Shown: positions 17,337-28,033 of the stretch, in pieces | How positions within the stretch are numbered: the first letter of the stretch is position 1 | Layout: the number at the start of each line of letters is the position of its first letter | IMG/VR virus record: IMGVR_UViG_3300008108_000202 | Strand: one strand, 5' to 3' | Length of the DNA stretch: 64,000 nucleotides | Origin: an uncultured virus (IMG/VR IMGVR_UViG_3300008108_000202) | Lineage: Duplodnaviria > Heunggongvirae > Uroviricota > Caudoviricetes | Notes under the pieces: generated by a model | Told to the model about the DNA's origin: nothing | Database searches by the model: none | The model's input: only the letters and a program-made list of their open reading frames with translations | Program-made: the position numbers and the translations under genes

Positions 17337-17492
17337 ATGAAAGATAAAAACATTAAAAACAAGGTGGCTCATAAGAAATATGAGAGAGTTTATGAATTTG
17401 ATGATTGTACAATTATCTATAAATACGACACAAGTAAGACCACTTCTGGGCCTTTTGAGACCGAAATTAGACAGAAAAAACCTAAAAAATGA
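17337..17492 (+). CDS. Small hypothetical protein (51 aa)
   Basis: MKDKNIKNKVAH...; TATCTTTG promoter upstream. Confidence 0.55.
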   Translation: MKDKNIKNKVAHKKYERVYEFDDCTIIYKYDTSKTTSGPFETEIRQKKPKK

Positions 17493-17535
17493 CCTTTTTT
17501 AGGGGGTATTTTAGGGTATTTTTACCCTAAAATAC

Positions 17536-17745
17536 TTAATTTTTAACCAAATTTCGTCTAATTTTGGTCATTTCATGATCAAAAGTGAACATTTTTTCCA
17601 AAATATCGTGTTTTTTCATCGTTTTTTGGTGTTTTTTAATGAAATTATTGAATAATTCACTACAAATTAGTAGTTGATCGGTGTTTTTTACTGATTTTAA
17701 CACCTTTATGACCCATTCAAAGTCAGATTTAGTTGTTTTTTTCAT
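17536..17745 (-). CDS. Hypothetical protein
   Basis: WV.KV..S....QL motif, similar to 50295..50522. Confidence 0.65.
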   Translation of the reverse strand: MKKTTKSDFEWVIKVLKSVKNTDQLLICSELFNNFIKKHQKTMKKHDILEKMFTFDHEMTKIRRNLVKN

Positions 17746-17942
17746 TTTTTCTTAAAAAAATCACCAAAATTTTGTAATTCCTTCATTAAATCCCTATTAT
17801 TTAAAGGAAATTGAGGTGTTTTACTCATATTTTTGATCAAATTAAACATTTCTTTACCATATTTTTTCCACCACAGGTAAAAACCAATAAAAATGGTTAA
17901 AATAACTAAAGAAAAGAATATTAGTGCTATTGATAGTATCAT
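17742..17942 (-). CDS. Small membrane protein
   Basis: N-terminal TM helix. Confidence 0.65.
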   Translation of the reverse strand: MILSIALIFFSLVILTIFIGFYLWWKKYGKEMFNLIKNMSKTPQFPLNNRDLMKELQNFGDFFKKK

Positions 17943-18271
17943 ATTTGTATGTTTTTACAAAAAATACGATTAATTTACATCTTAATCAACGTTTTTTACT
18001 GTTTTTTACATAAAAAAAGATAGAAAATATCAATATTGGTGTAATAAGACCAACTATTATCTCAATGTTCATTATTTTGGGGTTAAAATGTTTATTTATC
18101 CTGTTTAGGATCCGCAATATTATGTGTTAAACGAAAAATCGTTATTAAAGGAGTCTATTAAAATGGAATAAATCGGTTATATCAATAAATAGTGTTCATA
18201 ACTGAGTTAAAATGTGATTTTGAGTAAACAATACCTTTATTTTACCATTTATTGGGTTTATTTTTTCATAT

Positions 18272-18544
18272 ATGGAGCGTCATTTACAGATAATTCTAAA
18301 TAGAGCATTAAAAGAACATAAAGATTTGTTATATGGATCAAATTCGGAGATTATAGTTGAAAAAATTGATTGGATTATTACCAAAAAATCACATATTATT
18401 AATGTTAAGATTATTATGGATGATCCTAATCTATATTTAGAGTCTCATCCCCACGGAATTGACTTTCTTATCCACGAAAGTTTACCAATAATAGGAAAAA
18501 TTAAAAATGCTGTAGTTATTTCAACGGTAGAGTTTAAAGATTAA
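18272..18544 (+). CDS. Hypothetical protein
   Basis: 90-aa ORF. Confidence 0.65.
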   Translation: MERHLQIILNRALKEHKDLLYGSNSEIIVEKIDWIITKKSHIINVKIIMDDPNLYLESHPHGIDFLIHESLPIIGKIKNAVVISTVEFKD

Positions 18545-19119
18545 TCCCACCACCATCTAATTCTCTCATTTAATATTCTAAAAAGTAGATTTTGTGCTTT
18601 TTGCTGATTATATATTGAGATATAATGACAAAGTGTTCGTTTATCAATGTTAGGTTTTAGTTTTAAAATTTTACGAACAGTAGATGGGTATTTATTAATG
18701 AAATCATCATAACGATTACTTATTACATCAATATCAAACCCTTTTGAATTGTGTTTTCCCGGAATTTCAGAAAAAACAATTTTGGATTCTTCATAATCAA
18801 GATATTCAATTTCATAAAATTCTGTTTTAACCCTCTCAATTAGATTTAATACAATTGTCATATCACGATTATCGGTTGCAATACGTGTATGGCGATTGGC
18901 ATTGACGAGTTCTTCTCTTTGTAGTTCTATTTTTTTTTGTAGAATGGTGAATATGTATGAATCATCCCAATTTCTATCTTTATATAAAGTTGGGATCCAC
19001 CTAATTATATTTTTTATTCCAGTAAAAAATGAATAAATGAAAGATGGGAAATATCTTTTTATTGATTTTCTTTCCCATGCCGAATCTTTAGGTATTTTAA
19101 GTGGTTTGTACTTTTTCAT
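18541..19119 (-). CDS. Hypothetical phage protein
   Basis: 192 aa; DRNWD...WWWD. Confidence 0.75.
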   Translation of the reverse strand: MKKYKPLKIPKDSAWERKSIKRYFPSFIYSFFTGIKNIIRWIPTLYKDRNWDDSYIFTILQKKIELQREELVNANRHTRIATDNRDMTIVLNLIERVKTEFYEIEYLDYEESKIVFSEIPGKHNSKGFDIDVISNRYDDFINKYPSTVRKILKLKPNIDKRTLCHYISIYNQQKAQNLLFRILNERIRWWWD

Positions 19120-19172
19120 TTTGTTATTTTAATGCAAAGATAGGTAAACTTTTAGGATAACAAAATAAAAAA

Positions 19173-19784
19173 TTATATTTTAGGTGGTAATGGTGGGTTG
19201 AGTAAGAATTTACGATTAACCCAAGTTCTCAACTCATTCTCAACAAAATATTCTGGAACTTCCTCATCGTCAGGCATTTCACTCGCCAATTCTGAAATAT
19301 ATCTGGCAAATTGTACTTTATACTTTGGTTCCATCATTGTCATTAAACCATCAGATATAAAGAATATTTTTGACAAAGGATCTTTAATACCTAATTCTCC
19401 TTCTGCAATATTAAAAGCTCTTAATACTGATTTACCCCACCAAGTTTTATAGTTTGATGTTTCTTCTAATGTCGGTCTAACTATTTTATTTATTGCTCTT
19501 ATTGCCGATCCGAATACGCCTGCAAATATGAGTTGGGGTATGAACCACGGTATTAGTCTGATTGTTGCCTTAAATCCGCCTTCACCAACAAAAAGAGCTA
19601 ATCTCTTTTTTCTTGATTCCTCAACTAAAGCTCTTAATTGTCCGAATGTTATTTTACCTTGAGCATTACAGAATCTTTCACTATCACAAATATTCTTTAC
19701 CGCTTTTCCTGATGGTTCAATTGATTCAACTTCCATCATTAACTCAATAATTTTTTTTTGTTCTTCTGTAATTATTATTTTCAT
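19173..19784 (-). CDS. Hypothetical protein with MKIIITE leader
   Basis: 203-aa ORF. Confidence 0.75.
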   Translation of the reverse strand: MKIIITEEQKKIIELMMEVESIEPSGKAVKNICDSERFCNAQGKITFGQLRALVEESRKKRLALFVGEGGFKATIRLIPWFIPQLIFAGVFGSAIRAINKIVRPTLEETSNYKTWWGKSVLRAFNIAEGELGIKDPLSKIFFISDGLMTMMEPKYKVQFARYISELASEMPDDEEVPEYFVENELRTWVNRKFLLNPPLPPKI

Positions 19785-19856
19785 ACTTAATAAATATTTG
19801 GCAGATAGGAATAATTGTGTTATATTTGTAGTATATTTATTTAAAACAAGATAGTT

Positions 19857-20135
19857 ATGTGTTCAAAAGAGGAAAAATTGAAGTCTTTGTCTGTTAGTGT
19901 TGAGAAATTTAAATCTAAATTGAGATTCTCAATCAATAGTTTTGTGTTTTTTCTGTCTATGATGTTTATTCATATGATGAATCCTGTATTTGGGTCATTT
20001 GTAACAATTGGGTTTGGGATCGCCTCTCTTGTTTTTATTCAACAAATAATCCGATCTTACAATTATCTAAAGTTTTACAAGATGTCATATAATGCATATG
20101 TTATTATGCATGAAGTTATTGAGGACATGAAATAA
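19857..20135 (+). CDS. Two-TM membrane protein
   Basis: Two hydrophobic helices; TATATTTG upstream. Confidence 0.65.
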   Translation: MCSKEEKLKSLSVSVEKFKSKLRFSINSFVFFLSMMFIHMMNPVFGSFVTIGFGIASLVFIQQIIRSYNYLKFYKMSYNAYVIMHEVIEDMK

Positions 20136-20160
20136 AAAAAGGGACTCAAGTCCCTTTTTA

Positions 20161-20592
20161 TTATTTTTTGTATCCACCTCCGAAACTATGACCACTTTTC
20201 ATACCTCCGACCATTGGTTCCATAATGTTTTTATAGAATTTAGATTTGTGAAATCTACTTGGTTCTGCCTCAAATTTAAACATTGGCATTCCTTTTGAAG
20301 TTGTTGTGATTCTAACATCACCTCTATAATTAGAGTCTTTAGCCTTCTCTAAAACTGACTCAATTGAGTTAATAAGATCTTCTTCCTCAAGACCGTTTTC
20401 TTCCAAAAGGTCTTCCATTCTTCTAATTAGATCTGTTTTAAGTTCCTCAAGTTCTTCTTTTCCAGGACCAAACATACCTTCTTCCATTTCACCATGCATA
20501 CCTTCTTCCATATCCATATGCTGAGTTTCAGTAATAATTCTTTCTATTAGGTCTGTTAATTCACTTTCCGTTAATCTTATAACTTTTTTCAT
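20161..20592 (-). CDS. Hypothetical protein with RLTE..IITE leader
   Basis: 143-aa ORF. Confidence 0.75.
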   Translation of the reverse strand: MKKVIRLTESELTDLIERIITETQHMDMEEGMHGEMEEGMFGPGKEELEELKTDLIRRMEDLLEENGLEEEDLINSIESVLEKAKDSNYRGDVRITTTSKGMPMFKFEAEPSRFHKSKFYKNIMEPMVGGMKSGHSFGGGYKK

Positions 20593-20648
20593 AATATTTT
20601 TTTGTTTTTTAATTATTTATCTATAAATATATTGGTTTTATAAAAAAA

Positions 20649-21143
20649 TCATTCTCCACGTAATTGAGGTATAACATTTTCAGAAAAAAACATACTAAAT
20701 TCGTGTTCAATCGCTTGAATTTTATCTTTCAATCTAACGTCTTCATCTGATAATACACTATAAAAATCAAAATCTAAGAAATACCCGTTTAAGTTTGTAA
20801 TAATTACCCCCAAATATTCATCTCCATCAAATTTAAGTTCACCATAATAATAAATGTTATCACCATCAGTTGATTCTTCACTAAACGTAAACTGAACAGG
20901 TAAACGAGAAATATAATCTGTGAATACCTCACCTTCTCTTTCATCATATTTTTCGGTAGGATCCACAAACTCATCAGGTCTTCCTCCCTTATTCATATAA
21001 TCAGAATAATTTTTTAAATATCTCTTTTCATCAATAGTTAATGATTCATAACCACCATCAGACATTTTATCTAATATTGAGTCAGTTTTTTCTTGACTCT
21101 CAATTATTCTATTATATTGGGATTCTGTAATTAAGAATTTCAT
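20649..21143 (-). CDS. Leader protein with DUF6576-like motif
   Basis: DSILDKMSDGGYESLTIDEKRYL. Confidence 0.7.
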   Translation of the reverse strand: MKFLITESQYNRIIESQEKTDSILDKMSDGGYESLTIDEKRYLKNYSDYMNKGGRPDEFVDPTEKYDEREGEVFTDYISRLPVQFTFSEESTDGDNIYYYGELKFDGDEYLGVIITNLNGYFLDFDFYSVLSDEDVRLKDKIQAIEHEFSMFFSENVIPQLRGE

Positions 21144-21430
21144 TTTTTCATATAATTCATATATGCATTTTCCGCATAATCCAAAAATTTATCACCATAA
21201 ATACGAACTAATCTGTTCATTATTAATTGAGGATTTTTTCTCATATACCTTAAAACATCATTTGGTATTTGTTCTTCATATTTACCAAACATTTTTTGGA
21301 TCTGAACTTCCCTTGGTTGTTTCCCAACTTCTGGCTCAACACTAAATGAATTTTCATCATCAAATTCAAATTCTTCTTTGATAACTTTAGTTAGTGCTTT
21401 TTTTATTATGTTATTTGACACATTTTTCAT
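21140..21430 (-). CDS. Hypothetical protein with leader
   Basis: Start reassigned to MKNVSNN to avoid overlap. Confidence 0.7.
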   Translation of the reverse strand: MKNVSNNIIKKALTKVIKEEFEFDDENSFSVEPEVGKQPREVQIQKMFGKYEEQIPNDVLRYMRKNPQLIMNRLVRIYGDKFLDYAENAYMNYMKK

Positions 21431-21449
21431 ACATATAAATACTTTGTTT

Positions 21450-22013
21450 TTATAAAAGTTCCACATAAATCTCGTCAGGACTAAAACTATAATTTTTACC
21501 ACATATTTTATATCCCATATCCTGTATCGTATCCCTAATATCCGTATACACCTCATTCCAAATATTATCAGGAATTTCATCTATGTAAAGTAGACTATAA
21601 TAATGTCCATCATCAAAAAATTCACCATCTAAAATTTGAAATTTTATTTCAAAGGAATTATCCCTATCAACTTCTGAAATTTTTACTATCTTAAAGGTAA
21701 AGTCATATTCACCAACATATATTCCCATATCCTCCAAATCATTAGTTGTAAGAACTCTACCTTCATAATTATTTTTTATTTCTTCCAATATGGTATCAAA
21801 ACCACCATACCACTCAACGATCCATTCTTCTAATAATCCATAATGTTCCAAACCAACTGATTTTGCTAACGCCAAATTGGCTTTTGGTTTTATTCCCATG
21901 GATTTTTGCTTATCCCATAATTTGAATATCTTGGATTTAAGTTTATCTGATGGAGTATAAAATAAACTTTCCTTTATAACTCGTCTAACTATTTTATTTA
22001 ATGGTGTTTTCAT
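21450..22013 (-). CDS. Leader protein, FKLWDKQKS family
   Basis: Paralog of 22010..22573. Confidence 0.78.
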   Translation of the reverse strand: MKTPLNKIVRRVIKESLFYTPSDKLKSKIFKLWDKQKSMGIKPKANLALAKSVGLEHYGLLEEWIVEWYGGFDTILEEIKNNYEGRVLTTNDLEDMGIYVGEYDFTFKIVKISEVDRDNSFEIKFQILDGEFFDDGHYYSLLYIDEIPDNIWNEVYTDIRDTIQDMGYKICGKNYSFSPDEIYVELL

Positions 22014-22573
22014 ATGTGTATTGTTATGTGATCCAAATATGAACCAAACCCATATTCTTTAGCAACTGAATCTATTAATTCCTTAACCAAATCTTTTATC
22101 TCATAGGATATCTCCCATCTAATTTCATCATCTATTGATTCTATGTCAGTTAAATCCAACCAGTCACCTGTTGTTATTAACTCAACCCCACCATCAATAA
22201 TTTTCATAACGGCAATAATCTCAACCCCACCTTGTTGGGTATTGCGAAGACTCATTTCCTTTATTCTAAAACTGAATTCGTATCCACCAACATTGATCTC
22301 TAAATTTCTTAAATCATCTGTAGTTAAGTGTTTATTTACTAATTTATTTTTAATTTTTGAATATACTTTATCAACTCCACCATACCAATCAACTAATATC
22401 GTATTTAAATCATATTCACCAAGCTTAAATGTATGTTTTAAGGCGGAATTAATTTTAGGTTTTATACCTAAAGATTTTTGCTTATCCCACAACTTAAATA
22501 AAGTTTTTCTGGCATATTCTTTTAATTTTAGATACTCACTTTCCAATAAAACCTTACGAATAATATCTCTCAT
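22010..22573 (-). CDS. Leader protein, FKLWDKQKS family
   Basis: Paralog of 21450..22013. Confidence 0.78.
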   Translation of the reverse strand: MRDIIRKVLLESEYLKLKEYARKTLFKLWDKQKSLGIKPKINSALKHTFKLGEYDLNTILVDWYGGVDKVYSKIKNKLVNKHLTTDDLRNLEINVGGYEFSFRIKEMSLRNTQQGGVEIIAVMKIIDGGVELITTGDWLDLTDIESIDDEIRWEISYEIKDLVKELIDSVAKEYGFGSYLDHITIHI

Positions 22574-22627
22574 ATGAAATAAATATCAATTAAACATTTT
22601 ACAATACCATAAATTAATCATAAACTT

Positions 22628-23071
22628 ATGAAAACAAATAAAAATATGGGAAAAGTACAAAATGGTGATGTAGTAACGGTACATTACACAGGAAAATTGG
22701 AAGATGGATCCGTTTTTGATTCATCATTAAGTGAAGGTAGAACACCAATTACCGTTAAATTGGGTGAAGGTACTCTAATTAAAGGATTTGAAGAAGGTCT
22801 ACTTGGAATGGAAGTTGGAGAAAAGAAAACCGTAAACATATCTCCAGATAATGCTTATGGATTTAAGAATGAAGGGATGATTAATGAAGTTGCAAAAACT
22901 CAAGTACCTGAAGGAGTTAATGTTGGTGATATGTTGCAAGCAAATACACCTGCTGGACCTGTCAATGTTAGAGTTGTTGAAGTTAGGGATGAGGTTATTG
23001 TAATTGATGCAAACCACCCTTTGGTTGATAAGACTTTAATTTTTGATCTTGAGATTGTTGGGATCAATTAA
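22628..23071 (+). CDS. FKBP-type peptidyl-prolyl cis-trans isomerase (SlyD/SlpA-like)
   Basis: VHYTGKLEDGSVFDSS...IDANHPL..KTL.FD. Confidence 0.92.
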   Translation: MKTNKNMGKVQNGDVVTVHYTGKLEDGSVFDSSLSEGRTPITVKLGEGTLIKGFEEGLLGMEVGEKKTVNISPDNAYGFKNEGMINEVAKTQVPEGVNVGDMLQANTPAGPVNVRVVEVRDEVIVIDANHPLVDKTLIFDLEIVGIN

Positions 23072-23104
23072 ATAAAAAAAGGTGAGATTATGTCTCACCT
23101 TTTT

Positions 23105-23536
23105 TTATTCTACATCAATTTTAAGTTCAATACTAACTATTTTTACTGTATAAAAATTTTCACTCCATCCAGGTTTGAATTTTATTTGATAATCTTCAGG
23201 TAATGCATTATAGATATCATTTAAATCGTTAGACATTTTTTCAGTGAATTTAATTCCGTACTTCTTATCATCAATCAATGGGAGTAATGTTGAGAAACCG
23301 TATCTATCATAAAAACTTTTTAATGATTCCCTATCCCACAACTGATTTCTTTTATGTTCGTCTCCCGCATATTCAAAAAACTTATCATAATCAATTATTA
23401 TTTTAACAAAAAGAACCAGATCAAATTTATCATATTCATTTTCATTAACCATAATACCTTTAATAAATGGGTATTTCCTTTTAATACCCCTTGCAAGCAT
23501 CTCAAAAGCTTTATTTTGTTTTTTGGTTAATTCCAT
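23105..23536 (-). CDS. YPFI-family hypothetical protein
   Basis: KRKYPFIKGI. Confidence 0.7.
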   Translation of the reverse strand: MELTKKQNKAFEMLARGIKRKYPFIKGIMVNENEYDKFDLVLFVKIIIDYDKFFEYAGDEHKRNQLWDRESLKSFYDRYGFSTLLPLIDDKKYGIKFTEKMSNDLNDIYNALPEDYQIKFKPGWSENFYTVKIVSIELKIDVE

Positions 23537-23748
23537 AACTATAAATACAAAGATAATACAAATTATCTTTTGTTGTATTTAAAATATTCCTTACGATCCC
23601 TAATTATTGTTATACCAATGAATAATAGTGCAAATATAAATATAAATGATTCCATATTCTATACTTACATACATAATACAATAAGTTAGTTAAGGTAATG
23701 TTAACAAATCTTTATTAAATAAAAAACCCACCTGATGGTGGGTTTTTG

Positions 23749-24207
23749 TTATTTTAAGAATCTTAATTTATATAATGTTGAATTTATTAATTCACATATC
23801 GTATCAATTTGATTTTGCAAATAGGAATCTTTACAACAATCTCTCAACCCATCAACCTTCTCATTTAGATCTTTCATATATTTTACGGTTGATTCAGTAC
23901 TACTCCATTTTTCAAAATCCATACTTTTGTACGTGTCAACAATTCCATACTTACCTTGATAAGATTCAACTAACCCATCAATTAAAGGATCAATACCTTC
24001 GTAATATCCCTGTAGTGCGATATGTTCAGCATATGATTCTGTTTGTAGATGTAATATGTGTGATTGTGTTTGTGAGTGTAGTAATATTGATGCTAATTCT
24101 GCGAAGTCTGAAGTTTTACCTTTTGATTCTTCTTCATTTTCATCATCAACCTGTTCTAATAGTCCTCTTTTTTTCATCTCATTAAAGAGTTCTTCTTTTA
24201 AATCCAT
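23749..24207 (-). CDS. Ferritin/Dps-like four-helix protein with acidic N-terminal extension
   Basis: HILHLQTESYAEHIAL..YY...DGLVESYQGKYG...YKL.FL. Confidence 0.75.
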   Translation of the reverse strand: MDLKEELFNEMKKRGLLEQVDDENEEESKGKTSDFAELASILLHSQTQSHILHLQTESYAEHIALQGYYEGIDPLIDGLVESYQGKYGIVDTYKSMDFEKWSSTESTVKYMKDLNEKVDGLRDCCKDSYLQNQIDTICELINSTLYKLRFLK

Positions 24208-24237
24208 TTTTTTAAATTTTAAGTTTATTCTAAACCA

Positions 24238-24354
24238 TTATAGTTCTTTTTCAATCCTCTTTATAAGGTCATAATTTTTTTTCATTCTCATGAGATTTTT
24301 AACCAAATTTTGTCTATTTCTTTTTGGTTTTCCTTCTTTTCTTGCCTTTGCCAT
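24238..24354 (-). CDS. Small basic protein (38 aa)
   Basis: MAKARKEGKPKRNRQNLVKNL...; TATTTAT upstream. Confidence 0.55.
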   Translation of the reverse strand: MAKARKEGKPKRNRQNLVKNLMRMKKNYDLIKRIEKEL

Positions 24355-24421
24355 AATAGTTTATTTATATAATAAATATCATCATAAACAAAAAAACCCA
24401 CCTATAAGGTGGGGTTAATAA

Positions 24422-24610
24422 TTATCTCATTAAACTTTCAAGTTGTTTCATAATTTTGAGTTGCCTTTGTTGTAACTCATAAATTTCTCTCTTTTGTCTA
24501 TCGTTTAGATCAATTGATTCGCCTTTAATTGATGAGATTTGATTTGATAATCTTGTATGTTCATTCAATAGTTGACCATACAAATCTGCCTTTACTTTGT
24601 TGTTGTCCAT
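24422..24610 (-). CDS. Coiled-coil hypothetical protein
   Basis: 62-aa ORF. Confidence 0.65.
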   Translation of the reverse strand: MDNNKVKADLYGQLLNEHTRLSNQISSIKGESIDLNDRQKREIYELQQRQLKIMKQLESLMR

Positions 24611-24658
24611 AATTTAAATATAATTATTTTATTTAATAAGGAAATAATAATAAATTAT

Positions 24659-25420
24659 CTATCCTCTACATCTTTTTCCAAATATACCCATAAATCCTGA
24701 TAATATTGAGTCTGTTTCACAATTGAAGTAATCGTTTATTTCAATACAAGATTTTGATGGGGTAAAATTTTCATCTTTTTTATTTGTACACCATTCATTT
24801 GAGATTTCCACCGCATTCCATAATGGTTCTAAAAATTTTTGTCCTTTAAAAATATTAAAAATTTTTCTTTTATCTGGTGATTTCCTTATGTCGTCCCATT
24901 TTGTTTTATTTGGGTTATTAGGATCCGATTTAATTGCAATATCCATCAAATCATTTAGGATATCATCTTCAATCCTACGATCAATAAACATACCTTCTTT
25001 AATACTTTTTTGTAATAAATCATATTGAGTCTCAATCATATTTTGATCCATATATAACTCAATCGCACGTATTAAGTTTTTAACACTATTAAGATTAGGA
25101 ATAAATTCAGACCAATCGTCCCACAATTCATCATCATATCCATCATCATAAAAAATCTCAAATTGATCATTTTTATTTAGTTCAATTAATAACCCTTGAG
25201 ATATAACCTTATCATCATCACCAATAGTTTCATCTAATTTAATATATATGAAAGGATTAAATTCTTTGGTTCCCTCATCATATTTTATATCAATCGTTGG
25301 ATACTTTTTTGATAGTTTATCATACGCCATTTTTAGTGTATTATAACCAACTTCAGATTCATTAATAACTCTATCAATGATTCTTGATATATCCGCCTCC
25401 GTTAATGTTATTATTTTCAT
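24659..25420 (-). CDS. Leader protein (LTE..IIDRVINE)
   Basis: 253-aa ORF. Confidence 0.75.
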   Translation of the reverse strand: MKIITLTEADISRIIDRVINESEVGYNTLKMAYDKLSKKYPTIDIKYDEGTKEFNPFIYIKLDETIGDDDKVISQGLLIELNKNDQFEIFYDDGYDDELWDDWSEFIPNLNSVKNLIRAIELYMDQNMIETQYDLLQKSIKEGMFIDRRIEDDILNDLMDIAIKSDPNNPNKTKWDDIRKSPDKRKIFNIFKGQKFLEPLWNAVEISNEWCTNKKDENFTPSKSCIEINDYFNCETDSILSGFMGIFGKRCRG

Positions 25421-25432
25421 ATCTTTATATAA

Positions 25433-26044
25433 TTATTTTAATTCTTGATAAAATTTATCCGTAATACTTAATTTTGGTTTTATTAATTCATAATAATCAT
25501 TATTGAAGAAGTTGATTAGATCGCTAATTGTTTTAATTTTATTAAATCTTCCTACACGGAAAAGGTTTATAGAGTCTAAATTATAATCATAGTATGTGGA
25601 ATCCCCAAAACGTTTTCCTTTAATAATATTACCATAATAAGACCCATCAAATGGTATCTCACACTCACCTTCATATAAAAATGTCGCATAACCACTAACC
25701 CATCTATCCTCAACATAATAATTAAATGATAATGTCCCATCAAAATGGTGATAAAAAACATCAACCATAGATCCATCATTATACGTATAACTCTTTTTTA
25801 TTAATTCACTACCGAAGATATAATGATAAAACAAATCTTTCATTTGCTGGCAATTAAAGTTTTCAATAATAAAAACATCTTTTAATGTTTCTATTATCAA
25901 ATTCAAGTTAAAACCGGTAATTGTTTTTATCATTCCAATAGTTTTATCCTGATTATATAACGATAAAATCAATTTTTCACTTCTAGTTTTTTTGGAAGAT
26001 TCTTTAAGAATTTTATATTGGGATTCACTTATGATAAATTTCAT
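25433..26044 (-). CDS. Leader protein (MKFIISESQ)
   Basis: Start reassigned to leader Met. Confidence 0.75.
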   Translation of the reverse strand: MKFIISESQYKILKESSKKTRSEKLILSLYNQDKTIGMIKTITGFNLNLIIETLKDVFIIENFNCQQMKDLFYHYIFGSELIKKSYTYNDGSMVDVFYHHFDGTLSFNYYVEDRWVSGYATFLYEGECEIPFDGSYYGNIIKGKRFGDSTYYDYNLDSINLFRVGRFNKIKTISDLINFFNNDYYELIKPKLSITDKFYQELK

Positions 26045-26109
26045 AAATATAAATATCCTGTAAATACAAAAACCCCACATAGGTGGGGTTCATATCATTA
26101 CTAAAATAA

Positions 26110-26322
26110 TCAAAGCCATTTATCCTCAAAATAAGGATAATACTTCATAAAATTTTTGTGTCTTGATATTAACATATCGGTCTCAATAGAAATAATAAGA
26201 GACCAAATAAAGACCCCAAAATAACTAACCTCAGAAAAGGATACGAACAGGTATTTCAAAGAAATTAAGATCACCAAAACAGATAGAACACCATTAATAA
26301 AATAAATTGTTAGATTTTTCAT
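26110..26322 (-). CDS. Two-TM membrane protein
   Basis: Hydrophobic 70-aa ORF. Confidence 0.6.
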   Translation of the reverse strand: MKNLTIYFINGVLSVLVILISLKYLFVSFSEVSYFGVFIWSLIISIETDMLISRHKNFMKYYPYFEDKWL

Positions 26323-26334
26323 ATATAAAATGTA

Positions 26335-26805
26335 TTAAAAAGGAATGTTATTTTCAATTAGTAATTTATCCAAACCATCAACTTCAATTCCCAATTCGGT
26401 ATAAAGTTGATAGTTCAAGACATCTCTAGTACGAGATAAACCTGTAACACGACCGTGTTCTTCTTTTGTTAGCTCCACCGTTGAGGAATATTTCCTTAAT
26501 AAACCTATAAATGAATCCAGACTCATATCAGGATTATTATTCAACTCAAAGAAAATATTTTTCATCGCCTTTGATCTTTGTATGAAATGATCATCAACAC
26601 CTTTAACATTTGATTCAATTACTCGTTTTGATTTTAGACCTGTTCTCAATTCAGAAGAATTTGATAGATCCCATAATGGGTTGCGATTTCGGGACATAAA
26701 CATTTTGTATAAGTTAACGTCATTCTTAACTTCCCTATAACGACTTAAAAGACACTTAAAGTCTTTTAGTGTTTCCTCACACTTGAGTTTAAAATTTTCT
26801 TTCAT
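26335..26805 (-). CDS. Hypothetical protein
   Basis: 156 aa; TATATTTG upstream. Confidence 0.7.
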   Translation of the reverse strand: MKENFKLKCEETLKDFKCLLSRYREVKNDVNLYKMFMSRNRNPLWDLSNSSELRTGLKSKRVIESNVKGVDDHFIQRSKAMKNIFFELNNNPDMSLDSFIGLLRKYSSTVELTKEEHGRVTGLSRTRDVLNYQLYTELGIEVDGLDKLLIENNIPF

Positions 26806-26887
26806 ATTACAAATATAGTAAAATATTTGAGAATAAAAATTTTACCCATGAATTTTATGTAATTTTTTTCTGGGATAATAGTTATAA

Positions 26888-27292
26888 TTATTCGGGAATA
26901 TTTACGGCAACATACCTAACGTAAAATATACCTTTCTGATTAAAAACGTTAACCAAAATACTTTTAATTATATCATCCAAGTTATCCCCATATCTTTCAA
27001 TACTAACATTATAGGCTTCCTCATTTTCATATTCATATTCGTCATCATAACCGGCAAAAATATGAGTTATTTTTCCAATATAACCAGATCTCATTTTAAG
27101 ATCCTCCTCAATATAAACCCAATCAACTTCTTCATCAGGAAATAATTTAACGAATTCCTTAAAATCAAAATAAATGACAATCAAATCTTCACCCACAATG
27201 TGATTATCATTTCTTTCCAATCTTATATCAACAATAAAAGGATATCTTGGTTTTAGAGAACGATATAGTTGATTTAGATATTTTTCATTCAT
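26888..27292 (-). CDS. YPFI-family hypothetical protein
   Basis: PRYPFIVDI...LFPDEEVD. Confidence 0.75.
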   Translation of the reverse strand: MNEKYLNQLYRSLKPRYPFIVDIRLERNDNHIVGEDLIVIYFDFKEFVKLFPDEEVDWVYIEEDLKMRSGYIGKITHIFAGYDDEYEYENEEAYNVSIERYGDNLDDIIKSILVNVFNQKGIFYVRYVAVNIPE

Positions 27293-27321
27293 AACAATAA
27301 ATATAATAAAAAAGATTTGAG

Positions 27322-28020
27322 TTAAATATATTCTCCCGGTAATAACATACGATAAACTTCTAATCCCGTTTTTTCTTCAAACCACTCTTTGAAAAGTGGG
27401 ATCCATTTCTTTCCGAATTTTTGACTTAGGTCATCATAAATCCAATCCTCAATTAATAATCTATTTTTAAACCCACCATACTCACCAAAATAAATATACG
27501 CTTCACGATCCTCTATCGTGAAAGTATATGACCCAAACGCTTTAATCTCATCCTGATAGAAATCATAAAGCTCAAACCCAACATCATAATCGGGATGTAG
27601 TCTTTGGTTAAAATAGTTTATAATAACCTCATTAACTCTTGATTCTGTAATCGTATTTTTTGTTTGATTAATATAATCGTCAATATAATTTTTTATCTTT
27701 TCTTCCAATCTATCCGTATACTCCTCCCAAAGGGAATATGACAATTCCATAGATTTACTATAATCAATACCAATCATTTTAACCCATTCACCCATCCTAA
27801 AACCACCAGGTGTAGTAAACGTAAATTCATCAGAGCTGTTAAAGGCTAAGTCGTAAAATGTCCCATCTTTAGAAAAAGGGTATTTTATAAAGGCAACATA
27901 ATTATATTTCATATACTTATATTTTTTACCCCCAAATATTTTGGTTTCATTTATAAGCATATCAAGAAACTTATCATAAATTTTTAATTTAAATTGTGTT
28001 TCAGTTATTATGTATTTCAT
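27322..28020 (-). CDS. Leader protein with internal ITES junction
   Basis: MKYIITETQ; two-domain. Confidence 0.75.
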   Translation of the reverse strand: MKYIITETQFKLKIYDKFLDMLINETKIFGGKKYKYMKYNYVAFIKYPFSKDGTFYDLAFNSSDEFTFTTPGGFRMGEWVKMIGIDYSKSMELSYSLWEEYTDRLEEKIKNYIDDYINQTKNTITESRVNEVIINYFNQRLHPDYDVGFELYDFYQDEIKAFGSYTFTIEDREAYIYFGEYGGFKNRLLIEDWIYDDLSQKFGKKWIPLFKEWFEEKTGLEVYRMLLPGEYI

Positions 28021-28033
28021 TTACAAATATTTT

